A stretch of DNA of 64,000 bases from a virus. The stretch's first letter is position 1; every line of letters starts with the position of its first letter. The DNA is taken from the IMG/VR virus record IMGVR_UViG_3300023202_000135, positions 26,693 to 90,692 of that record; one strand, written 5' to 3'. The notes below the pieces were generated by a model. It was not told the DNA's origin and did no database searches. It saw only the letters and a list, made by a program, of their open reading frames with translations. This document shows positions 1 through 10,900 of the stretch, in pieces. Both the position numbers and the translations under genes were made by a program.

Positions 1-576
1 CTTCGGCTCCGGCACCTCCATCGTGATCGTGTCGGTGCCGACCGGGAGCGTGACGCCGAACGCGATGAACGGTGCGGGCTCCCCGAGCGCGATATTGGTC
101 AGCGGCGGGAAGGCGTTCGCCTTGCCGGTGACGGTCGGCGTCAAAACGTCAGCGGTGATGTTGACCGGCGCGCCGATCGGCACGACGACCTTCACGGTCG
201 GCGCGGGCTCATCGGCGGCGATGTCGATGGTCGACGGCGTATCGACGTAGGGGAAGCTGATGACCGGGGCCGGGTCGTTGATCGCGAGGGCGTCAGGAGT
301 CCCGGCAGGAACTACCACGGCGACGTTGGACGGCGGGTCTGCCATCGCAAAGTCGTCAGGCGTCCCAGCAGGAACCACCACGGCGGCGTTGGACGCGGGC
401 TCGTTGATCGCGAGGTCGTCAGGCGAACCGCCGTCGACGACCACGGCGACGTTCGGGGCGGGATCGTTGATCGCGATGTCTATGGTGGCCGGGGAGACCG
501 TCACCGCCCCTGTCACGGTCGGCGTTTCGTCCGTGATGGTGAGGCTGGTCAGTGGCGCGGTGACGGTAGTGGCCAT
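1..576 (-). CDS. Virion/tail-fibre-like protein, 5' part (runs off the window end)
   Basis: ATG at 576 opens MATTVTAPLTSLTITDETPTVTG... with no stop to position 1. It carries ~20-aa repeats (AINDPAPNVAVVV, AINEPASNAAVVVPAGTPD, AMADPPSNVAVVVPAGTPD) and lies downstream of baseplate genes. Not in the ORF track. Confidence 0.65.
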   Translation of the reverse strand, partial: MATTVTAPLTSLTITDETPTVTGAVTVSPATIDIAINDPAPNVAVVVDGGSPDDLAINEPASNAAVVVPAGTPDDFAMADPPSNVAVVVPAGTPDALAINDPAPVISFPYVDTPSTIDIAADEPAPTVKVVVPIGAPVNITADVLTPTVTGKANAFPPLTNIALGEPAPFIAFGVTLPVGTDTITMEVPEPK

Positions 577-598
577 GAGCCGGGATCCTTACGCGGAA

Positions 599-1024
599 TC
601 AGATAGCCTTGATGGTGGTGTCGCGGACCGTGATCGTCTCGCCCGCGCCGATGGAGACCGCACCGCCCGGTCGCGGGAACCACGCCAGAACGTTACCGGA
701 GCCGTCCGCTATGTAGGCGCCTGCGACGTTGGCGATTGTGCCGCCAGAGGCCTGGAACTGCGGGTCCACGCCGCCGGGCTTGAGGACCACCTGCTCGTTA
801 CCGCCATCGAGGCTACTCACCCAATCGCTCTCGCTGATGGCGATACCGCCGGTCGAGTAGCCATTGCCGTCAGGGACTTCGACGAAGCCTGTCCCATCCT
901 TGCTGGGCGTCGATGAGGAGGTGTAGAGGCGTAGTGAGGTCGCGATGCCGACGATGCCGTCGCCCGCTCCGGCCTCGACGCCGAGAGCGATTCGCTGACC
1001 GAGGTTCGTGGTGTTGTTCGCCAT
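599..1024 (-). CDS. Small virion structural protein (tail-fibre associated)
   Basis: 141 aa; LRLYT...EV..GNGY...G...F.ASGGTI pattern typical of small tail-fibre-proximal proteins; follows the baseplate wedge gene. Confidence 0.6.
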   Translation of the reverse strand: MANNTTNLGQRIALGVEAGAGDGIVGIATSLRLYTSSSTPSKDGTGFVEVPDGNGYSTGGIAISESDWVSSLDGGNEQVVLKPGGVDPQFQASGGTIANVAGAYIADGSGNVLAWFPRPGGAVSIGAGETITVRDTTIKAI

Positions 1025-1028
1025 GGGA

Positions 1029-3119
1029 TCAGCCCTTCACGAGTTCAAAGAAGAGTCCGCGGAGGTTGATCGCCTGGACCGCAGAGTCCAGGACGATGCC
1101 TCCGTTGTAGAGGATCTCGTTGTTGTAGAGGAAGCTGTCGTCGTAGAACTGACGACGGTCGACGGCCGCTTGGACGCGAACGTCTTGCAGCGGGAGGTAG
1201 GGAAGGGACCCGGCCGCGTCGCCTGATTGCGTGGCGAAGTCCGGGTGCGCGGGCGGGAGCACAGGAAGGGGTGATCCGCCAGACGGCCACGGGTCGACGG
1301 GCGGCGCAACGTCCCGGCGGTAGTCTTCGTGGGTCAGCGCCAGGGTGTCGTCGCCGCCAGACATGCCGGTTATGGCCACGGGCCCACCGGTCGAGGTGAT
1401 CGGCTCGTTGAAGTCCGCGCCTGCGAGCTGGTGCGTGAGGTTGATGATCGACGGGTCGTTGTCGTCCTGACGCGCGGTGATCTGCACGTGACCGTTGATG
1501 GCGTTGGTCAGGTTCTCCACGGTCTCGTCGATGGTCCCGCCGATCTGCACGAGGACGCTGCCGCCGGCCACGGCGCCGTTGTCGTCGAACTCGAACGTGC
1601 GCGGGAATCCGCCCGTCTTATCGTCGATGGTGATGCTCTGCGCCTCCAGACCTACAAGGCTCGTGACCTGGATCGAGCCGGTCGCCTTGGCCTTGCGGAC
1701 GTGGCTGAACAGGATGCGGTCGATGAGGCACGACAGCACGCCCGTCGCGTTGTCGATGGCTGCGTAGATGTCGGACAGGCGGATGAGGAACCCGCTGCTG
1801 TTCTCGAACAGGGATACCAACGACGTCACGATCGCCGCGTGCACAGCTTGCGGCTCGAACCGCTGATCGTAGACGACCGGCGCGAGGTAGATGTCGACGT
1901 AGGCCTGATCGGGCGTCGCGACGGCGTTGTGGACTGTGACCATGGTCCGATCGCGAAGAAACTGCTGGATCTCGAAGGGCTGCGTCCCTGAGATTTGCGC
2001 ATACCGCGTGTAGGGGACCACGGTGTCCTGGGCCACGCTTCCGGAGCTGACCACCATGTCGACCGCTTCGCTCGCCCACGCGTAGATGATGACGAGGTTG
2101 GTCGCGTAACTGGCTTGAAGGATGTCCGCGAATCCGAGGGCGATACCGGGAACCCGGCGGATGGCGAGGTCGTAGTCGTCGCGTGTGACCACGCGATCGG
2201 ACGAGCGCAGGAACGCGGGGATGTTCACCCGCATCTCCTCCAGGCTCTCTCGGTCGATACCGCCGCGGGCCGCAGTCGAAGAGGTGAACGACATTTGCAC
2301 CGTCCCCGACGTCTCGATCAAGGCCGCCGTGACAGCGCCCGTCACGTTCCCCGGGCCGCTGGTATTGCCTCCGGTGCCGGTTGTCCGGCGGAAGCGGACG
2401 GTGATCTCGCCGTCCGGGATCTTTCCGGCGTTGGACCCATCACCGAAGGTGAAGACGACCGACCCGTTCGGAGCGTACTGCGCCGTGTAAACCTGCTCGG
2501 TAGATTCGCGAAGCGCGAGGTTCTCCACCTCGACCCACCGGTTGAGCGGGTCGCTCGGGTCCCCGACGAACACCTCCCAGGATCCGTCAGCGACGCCGGT
2601 CGAGGAGAGCTGCACCGTCTGGTTAGGGAGGTTGTTGGTGTCGAACGTCTCCGTCAGCTCCGCACCTTCGGTCAGGAGGAGCGAGGCCGTAGTTGACCCG
2701 GCCGGAATCACGACGTCATCGAGCAGCTCGTACGACCGGCCGTTGGCGCCGGTGAAGACCTCGCCCTTGGTGATGAGAGCGCCGTTGGTGGTCACCTCCG
2801 CGGGCATCTCGTCGATGGTGACCGTGACGGCGGCGGCGACGGGTCCTCGGGGGCGGTAGCCGACGCTTTGAGCGAACCGGAGCGCGCTCTCGTACCGCCG
2901 GGCGGTGGCTAGGAAAATCTCGGTGGCGACGCTGTCGATGTTGAAGGAGACGATGTCGCCCACGTAGCCCAGGAGTTCGATGAGCGTTGTCCCCAACGTG
3001 CTCTCGAAGAAGTCGGACCAGTCCTCGGGACGCGTCTTCTTGACGACGTCGGTGAGTTCTTCGACGATCGTCTCGAACTCTCGCTTGGTATAGCTCGTCG
3101 GCTTGAGCGCAGTCGTCAT
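1029..3119 (-). CDS. Baseplate wedge protein (T4 gp6 / Baseplate J-like)
   Basis: N-terminal DWSDFFESTLGTTLIELLGYVGD...FLATARRYES...GYRP, plus FGDG..GKIP and GGIDRESLEEMR...RVVTRDDY motifs. Confidence 0.9.
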   Translation of the reverse strand: MTTALKPTSYTKREFETIVEELTDVVKKTRPEDWSDFFESTLGTTLIELLGYVGDIVSFNIDSVATEIFLATARRYESALRFAQSVGYRPRGPVAAAVTVTIDEMPAEVTTNGALITKGEVFTGANGRSYELLDDVVIPAGSTTASLLLTEGAELTETFDTNNLPNQTVQLSSTGVADGSWEVFVGDPSDPLNRWVEVENLALRESTEQVYTAQYAPNGSVVFTFGDGSNAGKIPDGEITVRFRRTTGTGGNTSGPGNVTGAVTAALIETSGTVQMSFTSSTAARGGIDRESLEEMRVNIPAFLRSSDRVVTRDDYDLAIRRVPGIALGFADILQASYATNLVIIYAWASEAVDMVVSSGSVAQDTVVPYTRYAQISGTQPFEIQQFLRDRTMVTVHNAVATPDQAYVDIYLAPVVYDQRFEPQAVHAAIVTSLVSLFENSSGFLIRLSDIYAAIDNATGVLSCLIDRILFSHVRKAKATGSIQVTSLVGLEAQSITIDDKTGGFPRTFEFDDNGAVAGGSVLVQIGGTIDETVENLTNAINGHVQITARQDDNDPSIINLTHQLAGADFNEPITSTGGPVAITGMSGGDDTLALTHEDYRRDVAPPVDPWPSGGSPLPVLPPAHPDFATQSGDAAGSLPYLPLQDVRVQAAVDRRQFYDDSFLYNNEILYNGGIVLDSAVQAINLRGLFFELVKG

Positions 3120-3538
3120 AAGAAGTTCTCCGCGATCAGCATGAGTTCCGTATCTCGGTCGATGGCCACAGCCCGCTCCTGCGTCAGGCGGTCACTGACG
3201 AGGCCGAAGGTGATGTGTAGTTGGATCTTCCGCGCGTTCGTGCGGACCTGGACCTGCTCGACATACACGTGCGGCGCGTGGCGGGCCACCGCCTCCTGGA
3301 CCGCGTACTCGACGACCGCCTCGTTGCTGGAGAGCTGGGGCTCCAATAGCGAGAAGTGCAGGCCGGACCCGAACGACCTCCGCCCGGGGCGGGACCCGAT
3401 AGGGGTGAGGATCGCCACCAGCACGTCGCCCCACGCCACGTCGTACTTGCCGGCGGCGCGGAAGTACCCGCCGGACTTGCGCAGGGCCGGGAGCGCAAGC
3501 CCTCGAAGAGCTATATCGGTGGTGGCGTTGTCCGGCAT
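3116..3538 (-). CDS. gp25: Baseplate wedge / sheath initiator (gp25-like)
   Basis: ILTPIGSRPGRRSFGSGL...EP motif, 140 aa, immediately upstream of the gp6-like gene. Confidence 0.85.
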   Translation of the reverse strand: MPDNATTDIALRGLALPALRKSGGYFRAAGKYDVAWGDVLVAILTPIGSRPGRRSFGSGLHFSLLEPQLSSNEAVVEYAVQEAVARHAPHVYVEQVQVRTNARKIQLHITFGLVSDRLTQERAVAIDRDTELMLIAENFL

Positions 3539-3548
3539 GCCTCGAATC

Positions 3549-3851
3549 CTACTGCGAGTTGAGGAAAGAACCAGCGGTCATGGACGGATTCACAACCCCC
3601 GAAAACCCGTCGACGGTAGTGATGGTGGCACCCTCCAAGATCAGCGGCTCCCCTGCGATGAAAACGATGAGGCTGACGATCGACGCCGCCGTAATCAGAC
3701 GGCCGCCAATCCTGGCGCTTCCGAACGTGACCAGCGGGTTCCCCGACGACACCACGAACGGGGCCGGCGGAACGTCGAACGGGGCCGAGAAGCTGTCGCC
3801 GCCCCGCGCCATGACTGCCGACCCAATTCCCGCCACGGCGACCAGCGTCAT
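3549..3851 (-). CDS. PAAR-like spike tip protein
   Basis: Likely start MTLVAVAG at 3851; ~100 aa, with VFIAGEPLILEG and a position near the spike gene. PAAR motifs are not canonical. Confidence 0.5.
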   Translation of the reverse strand: MTLVAVAGIGSAVMARGGDSFSAPFDVPPAPFVVSSGNPLVTFGSARIGGRLITAASIVSLIVFIAGEPLILEGATITTVDGFSGVVNPSMTAGSFLNSQ

Positions 3852-4573
3852 ACCCCGATCCCCCCGAGCGTCGCCCCGCCTGCGGCTATCTGCTTCCAAC
3901 CTTCCAGCTTGACCGTGGCCTGGGCCATCAGTGACAAAACGTCACCGAGCCCCCCGCCGACGCCCGAGGAGACGCCGGCGTTGATCGAGAAGTCGGTGGT
4001 CTCAGCGAGGAACTCCTCGAACACGGAGCCCGCGAACACGGCGGGACACGTCGTCTGAACCTGGGTCGCGGCCGTAGTGGCGATAGCCAAGCTGTCCGCG
4101 TCGAGGTCGATGGACTTCAACTCGTCCTGGTATTGCTGCGCGAGGCCGATGGCCGGAGCCTCGTCTAGGCCCTGTATCCCGTCTCGGTAATCAGATTCGA
4201 GCTGGGACGAGTAATCGCGCGCCATCCCCTCGATCAGCTTCTTCTGCGTCTCGGGGTCGATGCCTTGGAACGTGTCGAGGAGCGCCGTCTCGTCCTGTGC
4301 GGTCCGCGACGCCTCGTACTGCTTGATCGCGAGCGCGGTCGGGAACAGAGGGCACGTGATGTAGCTGACGAGGTCGGTGAAGGAGATGCCGATCGGGTCG
4401 GGGATGATGTCGACGATCCCTTCTATCTTGGCGACTGTATCGACCGTGATACTGCCGACTGCCGCGTTGAGCGCGTTCTCGTAGAACTTGGCTTGGCGCA
4501 CCTTCCCCAGCTCCCGGCTGACGTACGCCTGGAGAACCGTGATGACAATGTCGGGGCACCCGCAAACGGCCAT
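3848..4573 (-). CDS. Hypothetical baseplate-region protein
   Basis: 241-aa ORF packed between the spike and PAAR-like genes; GC3-biased codons. Confidence 0.6.
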   Translation of the reverse strand: MAVCGCPDIVITVLQAYVSRELGKVRQAKFYENALNAAVGSITVDTVAKIEGIVDIIPDPIGISFTDLVSYITCPLFPTALAIKQYEASRTAQDETALLDTFQGIDPETQKKLIEGMARDYSSQLESDYRDGIQGLDEAPAIGLAQQYQDELKSIDLDADSLAIATTAATQVQTTCPAVFAGSVFEEFLAETTDFSINAGVSSGVGGGLGDVLSLMAQATVKLEGWKQIAAGGATLGGIGV

Positions 4574-4574
4574 G

Positions 4575-5591
4575 TTACACCTGCTCGAAGGAGATGAGGG
4601 GGGCGCGCACGGTCACCTGCGCGGATGAGTTGACGTCGACCTGACCCACGGCCTCGATGCTGGCCTGACCTTCCGACTTGACGACCGCCTCGATTGCGGC
4701 CTCGATCCGGGCAACTTGAGCCTTGACGTCGACGTCCGCATCGGACTCGATTCTGACGCCGGCCACGCCCTTGATCGAGATGGTGCCGTCCGCCTCTACG
4801 GTCAGCTCGCCCCCGGACTGAATGGCAACGGACTGGAGGGCGCGAAGCGAAGCGACCAGCGTCTTCGCCTGCGCGGTGTCCTCGTATTGGCCCAGCACCA
4901 GCTCCTCCGGCTGTAGTGACGCTTTGTCAGCCTGGGTCGAGAGTCCGGTGACCGGATCCACGTCGTGGCCAACCTTGACCTCGTTGTCCGCGGACAGGAC
5001 GGCGTCCTTGCCGGTGAGGCGCATGAGGTCTGCGCGCAGCAGCAGCGTTGCAGCCTCGACGAGCAGCGACGCCGCCATGCGGATCTCGCCGCCGGCGCCC
5101 TGCATCTGGAGCGGCCCCGTGGAGCGGAGGCGGACGCTGTTGTCGCGCTTCGAGACCATCACCTCAGCCCGCCCGGAGCGGAGGCGCACCCACATCTCGT
5201 CGCTCTTCTCGGACAGCTCGACCAAGTTCCCCTGGCGGTCCTGCCGACGCCACCGCTTGCGGTTCTGTGCGTAGTCGCTCGTGACGGCCGTTGGGAGGTC
5301 CGGGAAGTTGGCGGATCGCGACGGCGCGGCCCCGACGATGACCGGGTGCTCGCGACGGCCGCGCTCGAACATGACCCACACCACGTCGCCGGTGCTGAGG
5401 GGCGGGCTGTCCCCTGCGTTCTTCGACGCCATCCCGAGCGCGCTCTCGGCCCAAGGAAGATGGTCTACCGGGATGCTTTCCGCGAAGAACTCCGGGACGC
5501 GCACCTTGTACCGTGCGCGGAACTGCTCGTCGTCGGTGCTGACGATGACGCCGCGCCACAGGCCCGCGATGTTGTCAGGGTCCGGTGTCAT
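4575..5591 (-). CDS. Baseplate central spike (gp5 OB-fold / gpV-like, no lysozyme domain)
   Basis: GLWRGVIVSTDD...RYKVRVPE...WA...PPLSTGDVVWVMFERG...PVIVG OB-fold signature; C-terminal beta-helix-like repeats. Confidence 0.85.
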   Translation of the reverse strand: MTPDPDNIAGLWRGVIVSTDDEQFRARYKVRVPEFFAESIPVDHLPWAESALGMASKNAGDSPPLSTGDVVWVMFERGRREHPVIVGAAPSRSANFPDLPTAVTSDYAQNRKRWRRQDRQGNLVELSEKSDEMWVRLRSGRAEVMVSKRDNSVRLRSTGPLQMQGAGGEIRMAASLLVEAATLLLRADLMRLTGKDAVLSADNEVKVGHDVDPVTGLSTQADKASLQPEELVLGQYEDTAQAKTLVASLRALQSVAIQSGGELTVEADGTISIKGVAGVRIESDADVDVKAQVARIEAAIEAVVKSEGQASIEAVGQVDVNSSAQVTVRAPLISFEQV

Positions 5592-6940
5592 TCGATCCCT
5601 CGCTCAATTCGTTCGTGCCTGCCGACCGACTCCTGGTTGACGCCTTGCGCCTGCTCCTCGGTAGGAACGATCGTCTCGGTGGGCTGGAGCTGTGTCGACC
5701 CGGGCTGCGGGTTCGCACCCTCCCGCACGATCAGGCAGCGCGTGGTCCACCCGCCGGTGCTGACGTCATGCTCCACCTCCATCACGCGGAATGTACCGCT
5801 GAGGTAGTGGAGGTCGCCGTTCTCTCGTAGGTACTCGACGCGGATGTAATCGTACTGCCGGATAGCGTGCGTTCCTCGCACTTCCAGCTCGGCCTTGTAG
5901 GTAAACTCGCGCATGCGGTCGTGCAACGCGACGACGCGACGCTGGAACTCGGCCGCGTCCCGGGCCTGGATGTTGATTCGGTAGAGCGCTGTGCCCTCAA
6001 ACGACGGCACGGCGACCGCGTCACCAAGGGTCGTAAGCGGTATGCCGGGCACTCCTTCGGTTTGCGACGTGGTTATCTTGAGAGCGGTGCCGTCGAGACT
6101 ATTGAACCCGACAAACTCCGTGTTCCCCCCGCCGAACAAAGTCTTGAAGAATGATTCGTCGCTGGGGGCGAAGTTGATGACGTCGCCGTCGACTCCGCGG
6201 GCGAACACGTACCGAGCCCGTACCGCTCGCCGGTCGGACGCACGCACACCACGCTGGTCGACCCGGTGGTCGAAGGTTCGGAAGTGCGTGCGTCCGTCAC
6301 GGTCCTCGACGAGGAACAGAAAGTGCTTCCCGTTTTTCCCTTTCGTCTGCGTGGCCAGCCGGAGGAGGAACTCGACGTCGCTCTCTCCGTTCGTTGTCGC
6401 AGATTCGGTCAACTTGTCGGAGCTATCCTCGACCGTGTTCTCGTCGTAGTTCCACCCGCGGGCCGCGGCGATCTGCTGGAAGACGCCCGGGTCGCCCGGG
6501 TCGTTGCTGCTGATGAAGGTGCCGGCAGCGAAGGAGCGGATCTTCCGGTCGCGGTACTGCTGTGCCGCTTTCACCCCCGACAACTCCAGGGTCAGCGTCA
6601 CGCCTTGTGGTGTGAACTGCGGTAGTGGCTTGGTGATGACACCGAGGAACTTCGGGTATTGTCCTATGTCGACCCCGGCCTTTTCCCACCCCCAGCTCAC
6701 GCGCACGCGCCTGCGGTCGCCCGCGGCGAACAGGAGCGCGTCGAGGGCATCTCCTTGGCGATCGAACAGGACCACGGTCCCTGTCCACGCCGCTTCCTTC
6801 AACTGGATGTTGATCGACTGGAGGAACTGATCCGCCCGGAGCGCTACTTCGACGTCGCGCCCTTGCGCGTCCACGCCCAGGAAGGCGAGGTCGAACACAA
6901 GGGACTGTCGACTGTCTCTAGTGTTATCAAGTACCCCCAC
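5588..6940 (-). CDS. Baseplate hub (gp27 / gpD-like)
   Basis: ESDVEFLLRLA and YLSGTFRVMEVEHDVSTGGWTT motifs; directly upstream of the spike gene. Confidence 0.8.
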   Translation of the reverse strand: MGVLDNTRDSRQSLVFDLAFLGVDAQGRDVEVALRADQFLQSINIQLKEAAWTGTVVLFDRQGDALDALLFAAGDRRRVRVSWGWEKAGVDIGQYPKFLGVITKPLPQFTPQGVTLTLELSGVKAAQQYRDRKIRSFAAGTFISSNDPGDPGVFQQIAAARGWNYDENTVEDSSDKLTESATTNGESDVEFLLRLATQTKGKNGKHFLFLVEDRDGRTHFRTFDHRVDQRGVRASDRRAVRARYVFARGVDGDVINFAPSDESFFKTLFGGGNTEFVGFNSLDGTALKITTSQTEGVPGIPLTTLGDAVAVPSFEGTALYRINIQARDAAEFQRRVVALHDRMREFTYKAELEVRGTHAIRQYDYIRVEYLRENGDLHYLSGTFRVMEVEHDVSTGGWTTRCLIVREGANPQPGSTQLQPTETIVPTEEQAQGVNQESVGRHERIERGIE

Positions 6941-7274
6941 GTCCGGCCCTCGCTAGAAACTGCATGACGAGCGGACGCGGTGGAATCACCAGGACGTCCC
7001 CAGGTTGAAGATCGAACTCCGGGTCGGTGACGCCATTGGCGAAGGCGACGGCAACCCACAAGGACTCGAAGCCTTCGCCGTAGTAGGCGACGGCCAACCG
7101 ATCCAGGAATCCGATCTCATGCTGTGCGAGGGTGTGACGTTTCGAGTTCGGGTCAGTCTGGTAGAACTCGGGCGGCACCTCGATGAGGGCGGTAATCACC
7201 TTGTCGACCTCCGCACGGAAGATCGCGGTGTCCTTGAATCGGCTCGTCTTGAGGAGTGAGACGGTCTCGGCCAT
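6927..7274 (-). CDS. LysM-like baseplate protein (gp53 / gpX-like)
   Basis: LDRLAVAYYG...LWVAVAFANGVTDPEFDLQPGDVLVIP LysM-type motif. Confidence 0.85.
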   Translation of the reverse strand: MAETVSLLKTSRFKDTAIFRAEVDKVITALIEVPPEFYQTDPNSKRHTLAQHEIGFLDRLAVAYYGEGFESLWVAVAFANGVTDPEFDLQPGDVLVIPPRPLVMQFLARAGRGGT

Positions 7275-7966
7275 TATGTGTCCACCTGAGAGGCGAACGC
7301 ACCTGTCCGCTTGATGAGGTCGCGCGTCACCGTGAAGGTGATGTCGACCTCCGCCCCGGACGGTAGGACGTCGTCAGTCGTGAACGGCCCCATCCACCGA
7401 ACGCTAGCGTCCGATACGATGCACCGTGCGGCCAGCAACCGGCCAACGGTGAGGATCACCGGCGGCGGCGCGATGGACAGGGGAGGGTCCTTGCGGTCGT
7501 CAACGAGCGGCTTCTTGAGCTGCTCGATCCAACGGACCGGCACCAGGACTTCCTGTTTGATGATGTCGGTGATGCGGTTGGGGCTGGTCGCGCGACCCTG
7601 GGCCCAAAACCGTAGTCGTAGGGGGATCTCCTTGTTCTGTGCGCCGACGAACACCTTGAAGTTCTCGGCGCGCCCGAGCACCTCGATGTCGGCATAGTTC
7701 GGTGTGAGGTTCTCCTCGATACCGTCTTCGAGGTCGAGGAACACCACTTGGAGGGAATCGGACTTGTCGCCGTTGGCCTCACGAAGGCCGGAAGGCCAAA
7801 TGTCCTGATGGCGCCCCCACCACGTCGATTCGATCGCGATCTTGAACTGGCTCGACTGGAGGCGCGGGGCGAGGCATTGGGTATAGTCGATGCCTCGCGG
7901 GGCTGCCCGCGAGTTGAGGGGGCGCCCGCCTACGCCTAGAACTTGGGATCCACCTTCGGCTGCCAT
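7274..7966 (-). CDS. Tail tube initiator-like protein
   Basis: NYADIEVLGRAE, PPPVILTVG and AEVDITF motifs; lies between the tape measure and LysM genes. Confidence 0.7.
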   Translation of the reverse strand: MAAEGGSQVLGVGGRPLNSRAAPRGIDYTQCLAPRLQSSQFKIAIESTWWGRHQDIWPSGLREANGDKSDSLQVVFLDLEDGIEENLTPNYADIEVLGRAENFKVFVGAQNKEIPLRLRFWAQGRATSPNRITDIIKQEVLVPVRWIEQLKKPLVDDRKDPPLSIAPPPVILTVGRLLAARCIVSDASVRWMGPFTTDDVLPSGAEVDITFTVTRDLIKRTGAFASQVDT

Positions 7967-10900
7967 TAGCTTCCACCCGCTATGTTTCGCGTGTCAGGTC
8001 CGGGGCGCGGTAGCGTCGCGCCTTGCGGGGCCTGCTGAATCTGAATCGTACCCTGTCCGCTGCTCTTGAGCAAGGTCGCGATGTTACCGAGTAGTCGATT
8101 CGTCTCCTGTTGCTGCTTCACGAGCGGGCTGTTCTCGCCCACCACGACCTCGATCAGACTGCGGATCTCGGACCCGGACGGCACATTGGCGAGGCCGGCG
8201 GCCTGGAAGTCATCGGCGGTCGGGATGTCGAACCCGATGGCCGCCATCGTCTCCATCACGAACTGGAGCTTCCCGCGCATGCGCTCGCGCTCGCGATCGT
8301 TCATCGCGTCGAAGTCGATGTTGTCGAGCGCGCGGAACCCACGGACGATGCCGCCCAGGCTGCTCATCATGTCGCCGGCACTGGCCAGACGCGCGGTCGC
8401 GCGTGCGCTGATCCGCATACCGCGGAACGTCTCGGACAGCTTCTCCATCGCATCGCGGATGTTGTCCGACTGCGCCAGCACCGGCTCGATGCTGCCCTCG
8501 TCTCCGAACATGCCGAAGAGCCACTCGGTATTCCCCAGCTTGTTGGCGATGGGCTCCAAGTCGTTAAAGCCCTGCATGAGTAGTCCGAGCGAGCTGAGGA
8601 ACTGGCCGGTTGGGCTGAACTTCTCCGCGGTGCTCGTCAGGGCGTCCGTGTTGAGGGCGGCAAAGGTAGTCACGATCTCGTTGATCGCGGTCACCATGTC
8701 CGCGCCACCCGCGGCAATGCGTTTGCCGGGCGTCTCTTCGCCGCCGAAGATGGTTGCGAACTTGTTCGCAACCGCGGCCCAAACGCCCGGGTCCACGTCG
8801 TCGAACAGCTCGCGCAACCGCGTGAAGTTGCGCAGGAACGCCCCGGTGGTGCGGAAGGCCTGGACCGTCGTACCGAACGCATCGGCCGTGTCCTTGCCGC
8901 TGATGGGGCCGAAGATGGTCGCGAGCTTCGGAGCCGTAGCGGCGATGTCCTTGCCTACCGCTACTATGCGGCCGGTCGCGGTGCTGTCCGACCAGAAGTC
9001 GCCGGCCGTGCTGAGCATCTCCTTGATCGCACCTGGGTCCGCGCGGTCGAAGGCATCACTGACCTCCTCGAAGGCGAGGAACAGCTCGCCACTCGCCTCG
9101 AACACCTTGATGGTGGAGTCGAACCCCTTGTAGGTGGCAGTGCTATCGAGCGCGCGGAAAGTGTCGCTGAGCCCGGTGACACTGCGTCGAATGTCCCGGC
9201 CGTTCTTGACGATGTGACTCGCCATATCCCGGCCGGTCCAGAACTCGACCGATGTGTCGATCGCGCCCATGACCGATGCACCGAGACCGATGCCGGCGAC
9301 GAGGGCGGCGGTGCGGGCGAACTTCGCCATGAAGTTGCCCATTCCCGCGAACACCTTGTTGGCGGTCTGTAGTCCGTCCACGGCGACCTTGCTGGGGTCG
9401 AACTCGGTTGCGAGGTTGTTGATGACGCCGGTAATGCGGCCTGCAAAGTCGGTGAGCTGGTCGAACGGACTGCGACCCCCGAACAGGGACGTGATCTTGT
9501 CGACGCCGTTGACGACGGTCGATACAGCGACACCGACGAGCGCACCAGTCGAAATGGCGGCGAAGGCTCCCATGAATACCGCGGCGCTCTTGATGACGCC
9601 GAGCGACTTGTCGAGTTGGCGTTGGTCCACGTCGAACCCAGCGATGAGGCCCATGACGACGTCGCTCATGGTAGACCCGACTCCGGTGACCCCGCCGAAC
9701 TTCTCCATCGCCGCGCTGAACGCGATCATGGCCGGCGCCGCAACAAGCATGCCGGTCGCCATGACGGCGGTGCCCGTGCCGATGGCGGCGAGGCTCGGGC
9801 CGAGTAGTGCGAGCGCGGCCGTGCTGGCAACGATCTGCCCCGGGTCCATCTCCTGGAAGACCGCCACGATCCCCTGCATGCCGTTGAGGATCACCTCGAA
9901 GGCCGGCGCGGCGACCTTGGCGGCGAACCCGAGGCCGATGATAGCGCCGGTGATGACGGCGGTGCCGAGGATGACCGGCGGTGCGGCGAACGCGGCGAGG
10001 CCTTTGGCGACACCCGCGAACATAGCTCCAAGGCCGCCCCCGCGCGCGCCCGCGCCCGCGACGCTGGAGACCGCGGCACCCTTGGCCGCCCTCTGGAACA
10101 TGAACAGCTTCTTAATGGCGCCGCCAAGAGCGGGGAGCATGGCGCCGGTGGCCCGCGCCGCGAAAACGACCGCCCCTTTAGCCATCTGACCAAGATAGAA
10201 CGCGGACGCGATCATCTGGAAGTTCATCCCGTCGAGGGCTTCAATGACGTCGAAGCCGACCTTGTCCGCGACAAATCGCTGCGCCGCGTTGGTCCACTCG
10301 CTCCACACGGGGACCTGACCCGCGACGGCCTTCTCCAATTTCTCCGCCGCTCCGGTGGTTTCGACCAAGGAGTCGCGCACCTTCCCCGCCGTGTCTATAG
10401 TTTCTTCTTGCCGCTCCGTGAAACTGCGGAACGCGGTCGGGTCAACCTGCGCGATCTCCGCAAACCCTTCCGCGGCGAGGCCTTTGATCCCAAGACGGTT
10501 CGCCTTGTCGGCCATTGCGCGGACGACGTCCTCGATGTTGCCTTCCTGCACCATCTTCTGTATTTGCTGCGGATCCAAGTCGGTCAGTGTGCGCAACGAC
10601 TGCCTCGCGGCGATCCCGGCCTCCGAATCTTCGAGGCTCAGCGCGATCTTCTCGGTCAAGTCCTTGCCGAGGTCCAGGAACTCCTCCCCGAACGCGGCCC
10701 TAACACCCACCAGACCTTGCACCATGCTGGATCGCATACGCTCCGGTAGTTGCTTGAGCGCCAAGCCGGTGGCGGACGTTGGGTCGATGATCTCGGCAAG
10801 CGCTTGTTGGGCGCCTTCCAACCCCAAAGCCGTGCTTGCCCCGAGATTCCTCGTGGCGAGGGCGGTGGCGATGGACTCTTCACGCGTGAACTTGAGGGCG

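Noticed and set aside
240-480. CRISPR-like or DNA-level repeat array
   Set aside because: The ~60-nt repeats are degenerate in-frame coding repeats of a virion protein, with no unique spacers or cas genes.
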